DNA from: an uncultured Hormoscilla sp.
GTDB taxonomy: Bacteria > Cyanobacteriota > Cyanobacteriia > Cyanobacteriales > Desertifilaceae
Length of the DNA: 64,000 nt
Assembly (NCBI GenBank): GCA_963921275.4
Contig: OZ001293.3
Coordinates: 1,216,001-1,280,000, forward strand
Direction of reading: 5' to 3'
This document shows positions 11,182 through 21,867 of the stretch, one piece after another (within the stretch, counting starts at the first letter, position 1; the number at the start of each line of letters is the position of its first letter). The notes beneath the pieces are model-generated. The model did no database searches, was not told the origin of the DNA, and saw only the letters and a list, made by a program, of their open reading frames with translations. A program made the position numbers and the translations under genes.

Positions 11182-11871
11182 TCACAATTTTCCATATTTC
11201 TGCTTGATTCGCTGTACCTGTTCTTGGAACTGGGCTCCTTTTTCGGGATTTACCATGGCCACAAAGTTCGCAAAACCATGAATGGCCGCGATCGCATTTC
11301 CCCCTTTTCCCCAATGTTTGCCTTCCGGACCGTCTTTCTCAATCTGATATAAGGTGGCTCGGAATTTTTTGAGGGTCTTTTTGGCGATGGTGGGGCGATC
11401 GTTTACGACAATACCTGTGACTTCTAGTTGACTGGATTTTCCACGCATTATCCGGGTCTTCTTTTGATTGATGGTAAACCCTTCGTGGGTAACGATCGCT
11501 TCTGTGCGCCTGAGCATGTTGCAGATCCCTTGCAGGCGATCGCCTGATGCAGAAAATGTCAGGTCGTCTGCGTAGCGGGTGTAGGTAAAGCCCAATTCTT
11601 CCGCCATCTGAGTCAGTCGTCTGTCTAGGCGACGACATAATATGTTAGTAATGGCGGGAATCGCTGGGGATCCTTGGGGGAGGTGCCGTTCTGTGAGGGC
11701 TACGTAGTATGTTTTTCCGTCTATTTCGACTTCTTCTACTTCGGGTTCGGTACAGAGTAAGCCGAAAATTGTCGCTGCTGCTTCTGAATAGCCGAAGGAC
11801 CGGAAAAGCCCTTTTACTCTTTTATAGGCGATGGAGGGGAAGAAGTCTTTCAGGTCTAAATTGATGATTAC
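11182..11871 (-). pseudogene. Retron-type reverse transcriptase, 5'-truncated
   Basis: Frame open upstream of ORF 11607: VIINLDLKDFFPSI...HLPQGSPAIPAITN...YTRYADDLTFS...LEVTGIVV. Has YADD plus the retron-type VTG motif. N-terminal domains cut off at ~11871. Confidence 0.9.
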
Positions 11872-12484
11872 CTCTCCTGCTTTTTCACTGGGGGATATTT
11901 TATATCAAGGTCGATTTTTCTATCCCCCCATTCGATTTTTCGCGCAGCGATCATACTACATCTGCAATTGCCTTTAGCAGGCGATCGACCTGTTTTTTCC
12001 AGGTCAAGTCTTGCATGAATGCTACTGCTGCTTGACCCCGTTTTTTTGCTGCTTCCCGATCATTATATACTTTTTCCAGATTTTCCACCACTTCTTCAAC
12101 GTCAGACTCTCCCCAACCTTCTACTCCCGGGAATATAGCTGTGGGTTGCACTGCATCCTGCTTTCTGAGAGGATAACAATGGGAGTCGCCTATCATATCT
12201 ATATGACCGGTGTTTGCCGAGATGATTGTCGGTATGCCACAGGCCAGACATTCCATTGCTGCCAGATTTGTTCCTCCTTCACACCTGTTGGTAAATACGG
12301 CCACATCTGCTTCCCGGATCATCTGCCCTACCAGATGATTGGGAATGGGTCCCATATCTATTACCGCCTCACCGGGAATGCCATTTACTACTAACCATTC
12401 GGTAATTCGCAAGCGCTTATCCTGGGTTACCGGGGGCAATCCTACCACATTTCCCGTCTGTTCTAGTCCGGCCATAAATTGGGG
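11868..12484. repeat. ~615-bp direct repeat, copy 1 (glycosyltransferase 3' end plus intergenic)
   Basis: Near-identical to 14087-14701; offset 2218 bp; a few SNPs/indels. Confidence 0.95.
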
Positions 12485-14080
12485 CCAAAAGTTGTGCCAC
12501 TCTGTGAGTAGCAATGCCTCGGGATGCCTCTGTTGGAACGCCTTGAAGGCCGCGATCGCGATATCCTGACCTTTGCGATATTCTAGCTTGCCCCCCGAGA
12601 ATACCACAAATCGATCGGCAAATAGGTTTGATTTGGGGGCGGGATAAAATATGGTCGGGTCTATGCCTTGGAATATCGCTGCTACATGGTTGAGTCCATA
12701 GCTTTTCAGCACTTCCGCGTTCCAGGTCGAACCTGCTACTATCATATCGTAGCTTTTCGCCCTGGCGATCGCATCTGGGGTTAACTGGGTATTCTCAAAT
12801 AATATCATCCCCACCGTGGGTTTCCCTACCAGATTCATTTTCCCCGCCCCGAATTTATTTCCCAGGGACTGCAATACTGGGACATCGAAACAAATTTGCT
12901 TGCCTGGGTTTTGGTCAATCAATGCCTGAATCTGCTGCTGCTTGGCCATTATAGGACGCAATAGCACGTGATGCAGGGTATTTACCAAGTTAGACATTTC
13001 TGGGGTACTTAACAATAGTAGCTCAAATTCTGGTTTTTGTTGTAATTGCAGGGCTAAGTTCAAACCATACACCCCCCAACCGGTGGGAATCCCCACCGGC
13101 AAGTCAATTGCTAGTCCTTTGATTTCATCTGTCCCTCTTATCGGCGGGTGCAGAAATAATACTTCTCGATCTTGCACCGTGAATCTCGTTTTATCTGCCT
13201 TGGGAAAATAAAGTTTTCTTTCCCCGACTGGCCCTCGATTATATTTATTGATTAAATAGGCCATCCTTGTATCTTCTATTTGAGCTTGAGCCGCTAAAAC
13301 ATGCCTTCCTGGCTTAAATTCACCATTCAATATTCTGTCTAAATAGCTTCCCGGATATCTTATGTATTCCGCTGTCTCTATGTCAATTCTCTGTCTCTTA
13401 AAGAATTTCAATAACCACTTCTGATATGCCCAATCTTCACCACCTTCTTCCCTATATACTAAATCCTCCGGAAATCCCTCAATGAATTCATGGCATTCCC
13501 TTCTTAGGCATAGGTTGATTGTTAACGCATTCTCAAGCGCCAGTTTCCATCTCTGAACCTCAGGGTTTTTCATGTTGACTCGAGGATCATTAATTCTTGT
13601 TTTCGTCTTGATCAAATCTAGTCTCCCATCTAGTCTGGTTTTTGACAATTGAATTGTTCGATCTCCTAGGGCGAACATTCCGTAGTGATTTGACGAATAT
13701 GGGTCATAATTTAAACCCATAAAGCACACATAGATATGTTCTGGCAAATAGAGATCGTCGTCATCACAGAAACAGAAAAATAATATTTCTCCCTGAGAAT
13801 TTTTCACTCCTGTATTTCTGGTCGCTGATAGACCTCTATTTTGGGAATGATTTATTATCTTAAATGGATATTTTTTCCCGACAAACTGACTCAGGATATC
13901 TAACGTATTATCCGTCGAACAGTCATTCACGGCAATGATTTCTGATTTTACTTCCTCTGGGCGATCCCAGTTAGCATAAAAGAAATCTATGCTCTCTATT
14001 ATACTCTCGATCGTCCTGTTGATTACGCCTCTTCTTTCGCAATTATATGTCGGTATTATCACTGAAAATGAACTTACCAT
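11951..14080 (-). CDS. Bifunctional glycosyltransferase (GT2 N-terminal, GT4 C-terminal)
   Basis: SVIIPTYN, NDCSTD, DDDD (GT-A); KLEYRKGQD and EGGTNLAAME (GT-B). Confidence 0.9.
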   Translation of the reverse strand: MVSSFSVIIPTYNCERRGVINRTIESIIESIDFFYANWDRPEEVKSEIIAVNDCSTDNTLDILSQFVGKKYPFKIINHSQNRGLSATRNTGVKNSQGEILFFCFCDDDDLYLPEHIYVCFMGLNYDPYSSNHYGMFALGDRTIQLSKTRLDGRLDLIKTKTRINDPRVNMKNPEVQRWKLALENALTINLCLRRECHEFIEGFPEDLVYREEGGEDWAYQKWLLKFFKRQRIDIETAEYIRYPGSYLDRILNGEFKPGRHVLAAQAQIEDTRMAYLINKYNRGPVGERKLYFPKADKTRFTVQDREVLFLHPPIRGTDEIKGLAIDLPVGIPTGWGVYGLNLALQLQQKPEFELLLLSTPEMSNLVNTLHHVLLRPIMAKQQQIQALIDQNPGKQICFDVPVLQSLGNKFGAGKMNLVGKPTVGMILFENTQLTPDAIARAKSYDMIVAGSTWNAEVLKSYGLNHVAAIFQGIDPTIFYPAPKSNLFADRFVVFSGGKLEYRKGQDIAIAAFKAFQQRHPEALLLTEWHNFWPQFMAGLEQTGNVVGLPPVTQDKRLRITEWLVVNGIPGEAVIDMGPIPNHLVGQMIREADVAVFTNRCEGGTNLAAMECLACGIPTIISANTGHIDMIGDSHCYPLRKQDAVQPTAIFPGVEGWGESDVEEVVENLEKVYNDREAAKKRGQAAVAFMQDLTWKKQVDRLLKAIADVV

Positions 14081-14168
14081 TGTTTTTTACCTCTCCTGCT
14101 TTTTCACTGGGGGATATTTTATATCCAGGTCGATTTTTCTATCCCCCCATTCGATTTTTGCGCAGCGA

Positions 14169-14701
14169 TCATACTACATCTGCAATTGCCTTTAGCAGGC
14201 GATCGACCTGTTTTTTCCAGGTCAAGTCTTGCATGAATGCTACTGCTGCTTGACCCCGTTTTTTTGCTGCTTCCCGATCATTATATACTTTTTCCAGATT
14301 TTCCACCACTTCTTCAACGTCAGACTCTCCCCAACCTTCTACTCCCGGGAATATAGCTGTGGGTTGCACTGCATCCTGCTTTCTGAGAGGATAACAATGG
14401 GAGTCGCCTATCATATCTATATGACCGGTGTTTGCCGAGATGATTGTCGGTATGCCACAGGCCAGACATTCCATTGCTGCCAGATTTGTTCCTCCTTCAC
14501 ACCTGTTGGTAAATACGGCCACATCTGCTTCCCGGATCATCTGCCCTACCAGATGATTGGGAATGGGTCCCATATCTATTACCGCCTCACCGGGAATGCC
14601 ATTTACTACTAACCATTCGGTAATTCGCAAGCGCTTATCCTGGGTTACCGGGGCAATCCTACCACATTTCCCGTCTGTTCTAGTCCGGCCATAAATTGGG
14701 G
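14169..14701 (-). pseudogene. Duplicated 3' fragment of the glycosyltransferase (repeat copy 2)
   Basis: Identical C-terminal protein sequence; 1-nt deletion in the G run at ~14650; no 5' part. Confidence 0.9.
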
Positions 14702-14714
14702 GTGATTTACCCTA

Positions 14715-14830
14715 TTATACGATTATCTGGATCGATCGTCAAGGATGGATGCCAAACTTTTTCTTTTTCCCCCACAGTCCCTTCCAGCACCAGTACCCCC
14801 GCCCGATCGCTGGTGACTGTCTGGCTTTTC
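14715..14830 (-). pseudogene. Diverged partial duplicate of the SWIM gene 3' region
   Basis: Matches ~15285-15385 (TCGATCGTCAAGGATGGAT...GTCCCTTCCAGCACCAG...CCCGATCGCTGGT) joined to GACTGTCTGGCTTTTC from ~15600. Confidence 0.75.
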
Positions 14831-14891
14831 GGTCATCAGCCCATCCATCAAAAAAAATCACAGCAGTCCGTTGGTTTCCCCTTCGTAAACT

Positions 14892-15105
14892 CCGTTACAT
14901 AAGACTTACCCAAAAGTACCCACGCTGTCCCATCACTGGACCGCTCTGGAACTTACTTCCTGCTTCGCTCTGGTAGTGTCGGCACTGACCAGTCCACAGG
15001 CTAACACCGCCTAACTAGCGGCTATTTCCAAATTAATGGAGGCATTCAGATCGAGATCTATCTCTAGACCACAGTTGTCACACCGGAAGACTCTTTCTGA
15101 TAACT
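14892..15105 (-). mobile_element. tnpB: tnpB 3' remnant plus right end (IS607/IS605-like, omegaRNA region)
   Basis: Minus strand LSERVFRCDNCGLEIDLDLNASINLEIAAS* (Zn ribbon plus RuvC-III-like motif), then GCCTGTGGA...GAAGCAGGAA and a terminal ...GTAACGG. Confidence 0.75.
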
Positions 15106-15176
15106 GAACACATGGACGGCGATCGCACCGCCCGTCTTGCAAGGTTAAGTTCGCCAACTGAACTGCTGGAAGTGAG

Positions 15177-16823
15177 TTACCGACACTGGCGAGCGTGCTG
15201 TATGCGTAGTGCCAGGATATGTTCGCAAGGGCCTTTGTACAGCTTGTTTTGCTGGTGCCAGTTGCAGGTACATCCTGCTTCTATGATACGCTCATCTGGG
15301 TCGATCGTCAAGGATGGATTTAAATTTTTTCCTTTGTCCTGCACTGTCCCTTCCAGCACCAGGACTCCCGCCCGATCGCTGGTAGCTGATGTCACCTCTA
15401 CGGCATTTTGACTTAGAAAGCCAGTTGCCTTTTCTTCTCGCTCATTGGCAAAGCGCAACCGTTCCATGGGCAAGGGTTCCCGGCTGAGTTCGGGAACTCG
15501 GTACAGTTGTTTGTTCAAGTCATATTGCCAGACCTGCCTGAGTATATGCACTTAAAGCTCCCAATACGGCGGTACGACTTAAATTCAGCCGTTGTGCCAG
15601 ACTGTCTGGCTTTTCTAACCAGTTCTGCTTCAGTTCCTCAAACACTCGCTGCTGGGTGTAACTGTCTACGTCGGCCCGGGTGCCATTAAATCAAAACTAC
15701 CCGCTTGGGACCAGTCGTTGGCTGTCCATCCTGATAATCCTAGGGTGAAGGACATGTCCCCTAAGTCCGCTACGTAGAAGGATGGCATTCCCGTTCCCAG
15801 CAGATGTACCGTGAATTTGCGGGCGATCGGGATTAGTCTTTCTAAGATGTGCAGCCGACGCCGCCCCCATACTCTAATTTCTTGCTCTGATGGGCCATTA
15901 TAGTGCGATCGGGGGCAGACTACTTCTATATCCCAGGGTTGAAATACCACGCGCACCGGTTCCCCTGGTTTCAGAAGATATCGCATTCCCCGTGGTCCTG
16001 TTTTTTCCTTGTGGCGACGCAGCACAAAGCACATGTTGTGGATATCCATCGGATGCAAGTCAAATCTTGTCGCTGGTAAGGACATGGCGGAACTGACTTG
16101 CAAAAAGCCTCTTACTCAACTGTCTGGTAAATCGATTTTCACTTCTTTGAAGGCTTCTTTGTTGGTGGTTTGGACTTCAAACCCTGATGGATCTACCTGA
16201 AATTGGGTACTCTTGTATGTGCGGATTTTCTGAAATTCGTCGTACAGGGCGGCTGAGTAATCTATGTTTGTCGTTCCGCAGGCAAACTCATTGATGTTTT
16301 TGAACACTTCGTAGCTGGCACCCAGACGTCCGTAACTCGATTCATCCTGACTGAAACATTCAAAAAATATTTCATCTGGATGCACTGTAATCACTGGATC
16401 TAGGACAAACCAGGCATCGTAGTCTTTCTTATAAAGATAGTTGTAAAATTACTGTCTGGCTTGATAGTAGGGCTTGCGGCGTTCATAACTGTTCTGATTT
16501 AGCTGGGCGTAGTCTGCTTGCAATTGCTTGATTTTTTCTACAACTGCTTGACGCTCAACTGCTATCATTTGCCAGTCTATTTCGATATCGTCCTGCTTGG
16601 CCCGCCATTCTTTGTAGGCAGTTTTGTCCTTTGGTTTGAACCGCAGATCGGACACTACTACGTCGTGTAAGGCGCTGATGGCTTCCCGAAAGGCGACGTT
16701 CTGATGCAGTTCGCCGATGAAGTAGGTGGGGGGACGCTTGGTGTCTGGTGAAAATGATAGCTGGGTGCTCGATCCCCGATCGCTTACTGCTGTGCTTCCT
16801 TTGTAGGCGTAGTTGAATTCCAT
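15177..16823 (-). pseudogene. SWIM zinc-finger protein of the retron-associated type, fragmented
   Basis: Four collinear ORF pieces; in-frame TAA (16449) and TGA (16116); deletion/frameshift near 15560-15670; C-terminal CTC..GPCEHILA SWIM motif. Confidence 0.85.
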
Positions 16824-16932
16824 AGTTTTGGTGAGGATTTGCTCTCGATTTTTGGATATTCTCTCTATAGTAACATAAAGAGGATCCTCGCGGGATCCTC
16901 CAAAGCTATGTGGGTATCCTCATATCCCCTTT

Positions 16933-18174
16933 TTAAGTGGTGTACTCGGCGTTAATCTTCACGTAGTCGTAACTCAGATCGCAGCCCCAGGCAATCCCTG
17001 TCCCGGCACCATTGCCGATACTCACTGAGATTAATACTGTATCTTTTTTTAAGTAAGCCCCTGCTGCTGCTTTCTTGATATATTCACTCGCCGCTGCCCG
17101 ATCGAACGCCAGGGGTTGACCATTTTCCATCAGCAATAAATCCCCCAGTTGGATGCGGAGATTTTCTTGATCGAACGGCACTCCAGCGCGTCCAGCGGCG
17201 GCAGCTATTCGCCCCCAGTTGGGGTCCCGCCCGAAGATGGCTGATTTGACTAAGGATGAACCGACGATCGTCTTGGCAACCTGACGGGCCGCTGCTTCAT
17301 TATCGGCACCGGAAACTTGCACTTCCACTAAGCAGGTGGCACCTTCCCCGTCCCGGGCGATCGCCTTTGCTAAATGCTGACATACTGCTGTTAACATCCC
17401 TTCCAGTTTTTCTGCCTCTGGACCCATTTGGGTGATGGCACTGGTCCGGGATTGACCGTTGGCCAGGGCGATCAGGGTGTCATTGGTACTGGTATCCCCA
17501 TCTACGGTAATTTGGTTAAAGCTGCGATCGGCTGCCCGATGGAGCATTTCTTGCCAGAGGGGGGGAGATACGGCAGCGTCGCAGGTAACGAAGGCTAGCA
17601 TGGTTGCCATATTGGGGTGGATCATCCCCGAACCCTTGCATATGCCACCCACCCGCACCAGGCGATCGCCCATCATGGTCTCCAGCGCTATTGACTTGGG
17701 GACCAAATCTGTCGTACAAATAGCCTTAGCTGCGGCATCGGATCCATCTACTGCCAGTACTTGGGCCAACTGGGGAATGGCGCTGCGTAGTTTATCCATT
17801 TTAATCCGTTGCCCGATCACCCCGGTAGAGGCTAGCAAAATTGATTCTGGGGTAATCTGCAATGCATCGGCCAGCAGTTGGGCGCTTTCCATGGCATCTT
17901 GTTCGCCTTGGGTACCGGTAGCGGCATTCGCCTGGCCAGCATTGCACAAAATTGCTCTGGCGCTGGCTTTCTTCTGGAGACGCTGACGACAGTAGTCTAC
18001 ACAGGCCGCCCTCACTTGCACTGTCGTGAATACGCCAGCCGCGATCGCCTCCACCTCAGACCAGATCAAGGCCAAGTCCGGTTGTCCTGATGGCTTCAGA
18101 CCTGCTGTAATGCCAGCTGCTTGATATCCCTTGGGGGCCGTTACTCCACCACTTATCTCTTGCCAGTCAGACAT
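16933..18174 (-). CDS. argJ: Bifunctional ornithine acetyltransferase / N-acetylglutamate synthase
   Basis: KGSGMIHPNMATML, DGDTSTND, DPNWGRI motifs. Confidence 0.98.
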   Translation of the reverse strand: MSDWQEISGGVTAPKGYQAAGITAGLKPSGQPDLALIWSEVEAIAAGVFTTVQVRAACVDYCRQRLQKKASARAILCNAGQANAATGTQGEQDAMESAQLLADALQITPESILLASTGVIGQRIKMDKLRSAIPQLAQVLAVDGSDAAAKAICTTDLVPKSIALETMMGDRLVRVGGICKGSGMIHPNMATMLAFVTCDAAVSPPLWQEMLHRAADRSFNQITVDGDTSTNDTLIALANGQSRTSAITQMGPEAEKLEGMLTAVCQHLAKAIARDGEGATCLVEVQVSGADNEAAARQVAKTIVGSSLVKSAIFGRDPNWGRIAAAAGRAGVPFDQENLRIQLGDLLLMENGQPLAFDRAAASEYIKKAAAGAYLKKDTVLISVSIGNGAGTGIAWGCDLSYDYVKINAEYTT

Positions 18175-18246
18175 ATTGCTTTCCCCTCTGCTTCAGTTTG
18201 AGAGCAGATTATATCAATCACTGGTTCCAGACCGCGAGCCACAGAC

Positions 18247-18275
18247 AAAAAAGGAGAGCCCGATCGCTCTCCTCT
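18247..18275 (-). terminator. Rho-independent terminator upstream of argJ (end of a candidate short transcript)
   Basis: Minus strand AGGAGAGC-GATCGG-GCTCTCCT followed by a T run. Confidence 0.7.
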
Positions 18276-18567
18276 ATCATCAGGATGCATCTATATAACA
18301 GATTATTACACGATTGGGGTGTGGGGCGTAACCCCTTTTTATGATTTTTTGATGAAGATTTGCTTCCAGATATATGTTACAGGGGCGATCGCTGAGTATA
18401 ATTACGGAAAACACAAAGGGCGATCGCCCCTCTGAGGGCAGCCTACTGCCGGTTTAGGGGGAGATATCTTGGAAGCGATGGAGATGGAGGGAAATACCGC
18501 TGGTGCAGCGGATCGCGCAGCGCGGCGTAGCCGTGCGCTATCTTGGGGGCGATCGACACAGCCTCTC

Positions 18568-19497
18568 TTATCCCCCCTTTTTAATACAGAATACATCTAC
18601 AGGGTATGATACGATAATTTCTCCGTCAGGTTTTTTTGAGGATATTTTCCTGAGATATTCTAGCAGGAGTTGCAATTGTAATGATGAAAAATATTCTACC
18701 TTGACACTAACTATAAAATTCAACACTTTTCTTCCTAGATCCGAGTCGGGGTTGAAACATTCTGTAATATTCAAGCTAGCGCCGATCCTTTCTCGCTCAA
18801 ATGAGAGGTAGCATTGATTGAGAACGAGCTGAATATCCTCGCTATACCAGTAGTCAATTACCCCCAGTTGTTTCAGAATGCATGAGGATGGTGCTTGAAA
18901 TTCTTCCAGAGGATTATTCATGATTATCAATTTCCCACCCTCATCCAGGAGTTCGTATGCTTTCCAAATTGGGTATTCAAGCTCTGGAAAATAATAACAG
19001 ACATGGACTAACAAAATAATATTAAACATTTGAAAAGATTCAAAATTTACAAAATCCCTGGGATTAATCTGCCAATCAAATTTATGCTTGGGGGAACATT
19101 CAGCAGCAATTGCATGACATTTTTTCTCAATGATAACGCATTCGGCTTCATTTCGATCGACTCGGACAAAATGGAGCTTTTTTGTTTTCAAACTCAGTTG
19201 CTTTAAAAAGGGTTCGTCAAAAAGTCCGTATCCGCAACCAACGCTGAGAACGCTACATTCTGCTTTTGAACCCACAACTTCATCTGCATATTTAAGTCCA
19301 GCTTCGATCATCATTGCTAGTTGGTTGGTACGGCTGAAAAATGCCTTATGGGCTTGGTAATATTCTTCATTACTTAATTTTTTGAGCGGCATCTTGGTAA
19401 CTTCTTGTTCAAAGAGATCTATCCCAGGGAATTTTTGGCTGACTAGCATGACATTGTCTGAGGAAGATGAAGTGCTTAACTTGCGATCGCTTACCAT
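18568..19497 (-). CDS. Class I SAM-dependent methyltransferase (histamine N-methyltransferase-like)
   Basis: VLSVGCGYG motif I; ILLVHVCYY; LLDEGGKLII. Confidence 0.8.
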   Translation of the reverse strand: MVSDRKLSTSSSSDNVMLVSQKFPGIDLFEQEVTKMPLKKLSNEEYYQAHKAFFSRTNQLAMMIEAGLKYADEVVGSKAECSVLSVGCGYGLFDEPFLKQLSLKTKKLHFVRVDRNEAECVIIEKKCHAIAAECSPKHKFDWQINPRDFVNFESFQMFNIILLVHVCYYFPELEYPIWKAYELLDEGGKLIIMNNPLEEFQAPSSCILKQLGVIDYWYSEDIQLVLNQCYLSFERERIGASLNITECFNPDSDLGRKVLNFIVSVKVEYFSSLQLQLLLEYLRKISSKKPDGEIIVSYPVDVFCIKKGG

Positions 19498-19550
19498 AAT
19501 CGGGAATTGCTAAGTGATTAATCTATTCTATGATACTATAGATTTATCGC

Positions 19551-19762
19551 AATACTTCTCGGTTAACAACCTGTCCGGAGCGAGGGGGGGGGAACCCAAA
19601 CCGATAATTTACTCGCTGCCGAGATCCCCTCCCGAAGCAATCTCATGCGGGGTGGGGATTGCTTCGGGGGGGGGTTAACTCAGTTGAGCATAAGTTAATC
19701 GCTGCGTACCCCCCCCTCGCAATGACAAATGTACCTGCCGCCATGCTTAACCGAGAAGTATT
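19551..19762. mobile_element. MITE with 16-bp terminal inverted repeats
   Basis: AATACTTCTCGGTTAA ... TTAACCGAGAAGTATT; partial second copy at 42061. Confidence 0.8.
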
Positions 19763-19789
19763 AAGATTTATCGGATCTCAAGTGAAAGC

Positions 19790-20703
19790 TATTGTTGAGA
19801 ACTAGCTTTTTTTGACACCCAATAAATCTACGTGGGGCGATCGTTTTTTCTGGAGATTTGTTTGACGATATGCTGCTGAAAAATTCCCGCAGCAGTTGTA
19901 ATTGTGATGATGAAAAGTATTCTACGTTGACGCCAACCATAAAACTCAGCGCTTTTTTCTCTTGTTCTGAATCTGGGTTCAAACATTCTGTCAGATTCAA
20001 TGTCGATCGATTCTCGATAGCTGGCATTGATTGAGAACTAACTGAATATCTTCGCTATAAGATGGATATGTTCCCCAGAGTCGTTTCATAATACATGCAT
20101 GTGGTGCTAGCCATCCTAACAGAGGATCGTTTATTATTATCAACATACCACCCTCATTCAGGCGATCGTATGTTTTCCGGATCGCCGATTCAATTTCGCC
20201 TTTGCTAAAGTAATAAAATACTTGCAAGAAAAAGATGATATCAAACCTTGAGTGCAATTCTAAATTAGCGAAATATGTGGGATAAATTTGCCAATAAAAT
20301 TTATGTTCTGGGCAACAGTCAACAGCAATAGCATGACATTTTTCTTCAAGGCTGACGCATTCGGCTACATTTGGATCGACTCCGACAAAATGTAGCTGTT
20401 TTTTTTGCCAACTCAGTTTCCTTAAAAAAGGTTCGTCAAAAAGTTCTTCTCCGCAACCAACGCTGAGAACTCGACATTCTGGTTGTGAACCACCTCCGCA
20501 TATTCAATCGCAGCTTCAACTATCAGATCCTATTCGTTTGTACAGTTTTAAAATTCTCTCAGACCTTGCATAAAATTTTCACCAATAAATTCTACAAGTT
20601 GCAGGTTGGCAACTTCTCGCTCAAAGGGAACAATGGCAAGAAATTTTTGGCTGATAACTGTGGTCTCTGATGATAGAGTTTGGATATTTTGCTCTCTTAC
20701 CAT
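19790..20703 (-). pseudogene. Degenerate tandem paralog of the methyltransferase
   Basis: Collinear similarity to 18568-19497 (CRVLSVGCG, LNEGGMLIIIN, YSEDIQLVLNQC) with several frameshifts. Confidence 0.8.
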
Positions 20704-20732
20704 ATCGTTGCTAAGTGGTCAATCTCTTCTAT

Positions 20733-20846
20733 TATAACGAGCCTAAATCATTTGTGTAAATATCCCGAGACGCGGCTCAAACACTTGCAGGGTAAAGGGT
20801 TTGAGCGCAAAATCGTTTATTGCACAACTCATTTAGGCTTACTATA
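20733..20846. mobile_element. Short MITE-like element
   Basis: Imperfect TIRs TATAACGAGCCTAAATCATTTGTG / CACAACTCATTTAGGCTTACTATA; internal GCTCAAAC..GTTTGAGC palindrome. Confidence 0.65.
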
Positions 20847-21104
20847 TACTGAGATTGGAGATTATGTCAAGGGGTGGCTAGCATAACTTTGTCATGCAGT
20901 TTATGCCGGTCGAAACCGCAACTGCATTTCTTCGCAGTCGGCCCAAAAGTCTCCCGATCGCGCTCCTGCGTCCCACAAAAGGGAAGACATCGTACTCGCA
21001 CAAAAGGGGAGACAGGGGGGTTCAAACCCCCGGCGGGCGATCGGGAGGAATGAGGTTTAATTAACAACGAGTTTTGTGCAAAGACTAAGGGCGATCGCAC
21101 CAAC

Positions 21105-21728
21105 CTACGGTGTTGCTTGGATGTTTGTTAAAAACTCGTTCATCGCTTCTACTTTGGACGGCATTAACACGCAATGAACTAACATTTCTAAGTCCAAGTC
21201 GGGCAATAATTCACTTTGATTTTTGAGTTCGTACCCGATCTTATCTTCGTTTTCTGCATTTCCCAATACATAAACTGAAATTTTATCTTGTTTCCAGAAC
21301 CAAACTTCTCGAACCTGCAATCGTTTATATTTTTCGAGTTTGTTTACATTACCACTGGTAATAATGACCTCTATCGCCAGATATGGATGTTCTTTTTGCT
21401 TGCCAATATAATAAGATTCATCGGGGGCAAAAGAAACCTCTTTTTCTTCACTTTCGCAGGTTGCATTCCCCACGGGAATAAACTCGATTTTATTCTGCCA
21501 GAAATAGAGTCCCAGCAACAGGGAAATTAAACGGCTGATAGTTTCGTGTTTTTCTCCTGTCGTCATGAGTTCTATTTTGCCATCCAAATAAGATATTTTA
21601 ACATTACTATTCTCTCGAAGGGAAGTTGTCAGTGTTTTAAATTGTTGCCAAGTGTAACATCCGGGCCAAACAAAATATTGTTCTCTCTTGGTGCTATTTT
21701 TTTCAACTGCGCTCGCATGTGCTGTCAT
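21105..21728 (-). CDS. Uma2-family (DUF820) endonuclease-fold protein
   Basis: YLDGKIELM..HE, APDESY, LAIEV, KLEKYKRLQVREVWFW. Confidence 0.9.
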   Translation of the reverse strand: MTAHASAVEKNSTKREQYFVWPGCYTWQQFKTLTTSLRENSNVKISYLDGKIELMTTGEKHETISRLISLLLGLYFWQNKIEFIPVGNATCESEEKEVSFAPDESYYIGKQKEHPYLAIEVIITSGNVNKLEKYKRLQVREVWFWKQDKISVYVLGNAENEDKIGYELKNQSELLPDLDLEMLVHCVLMPSKVEAMNEFLTNIQATP

Positions 21729-21867
21729 GGCTTTTCAATGAACAATGGGGAAGCAAGGGTATTATTCTTAATTTTAGTACAAAATGTTTGTAATAACCTC
21801 AAATTCAGCGAGATAACCTATTACGAACAAAAATTTTAAATGTTCGTATTTGTCAAGACAGCTCATT

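Noticed and set aside
11182..11871. RT as the maturase for the two ORF-less introns
   Set aside because: It is retron-type, truncated, lacks a maturase X domain and is not within intron RNA structure.
11182..14701. Diversity-generating retroelement (RT next to a long repeat pair)
   Set aside because: The RT has retron motifs (YADD, VTG), the ~615-bp repeats are nearly identical with no adenine-specific mismatches, and there is no avd-like gene.
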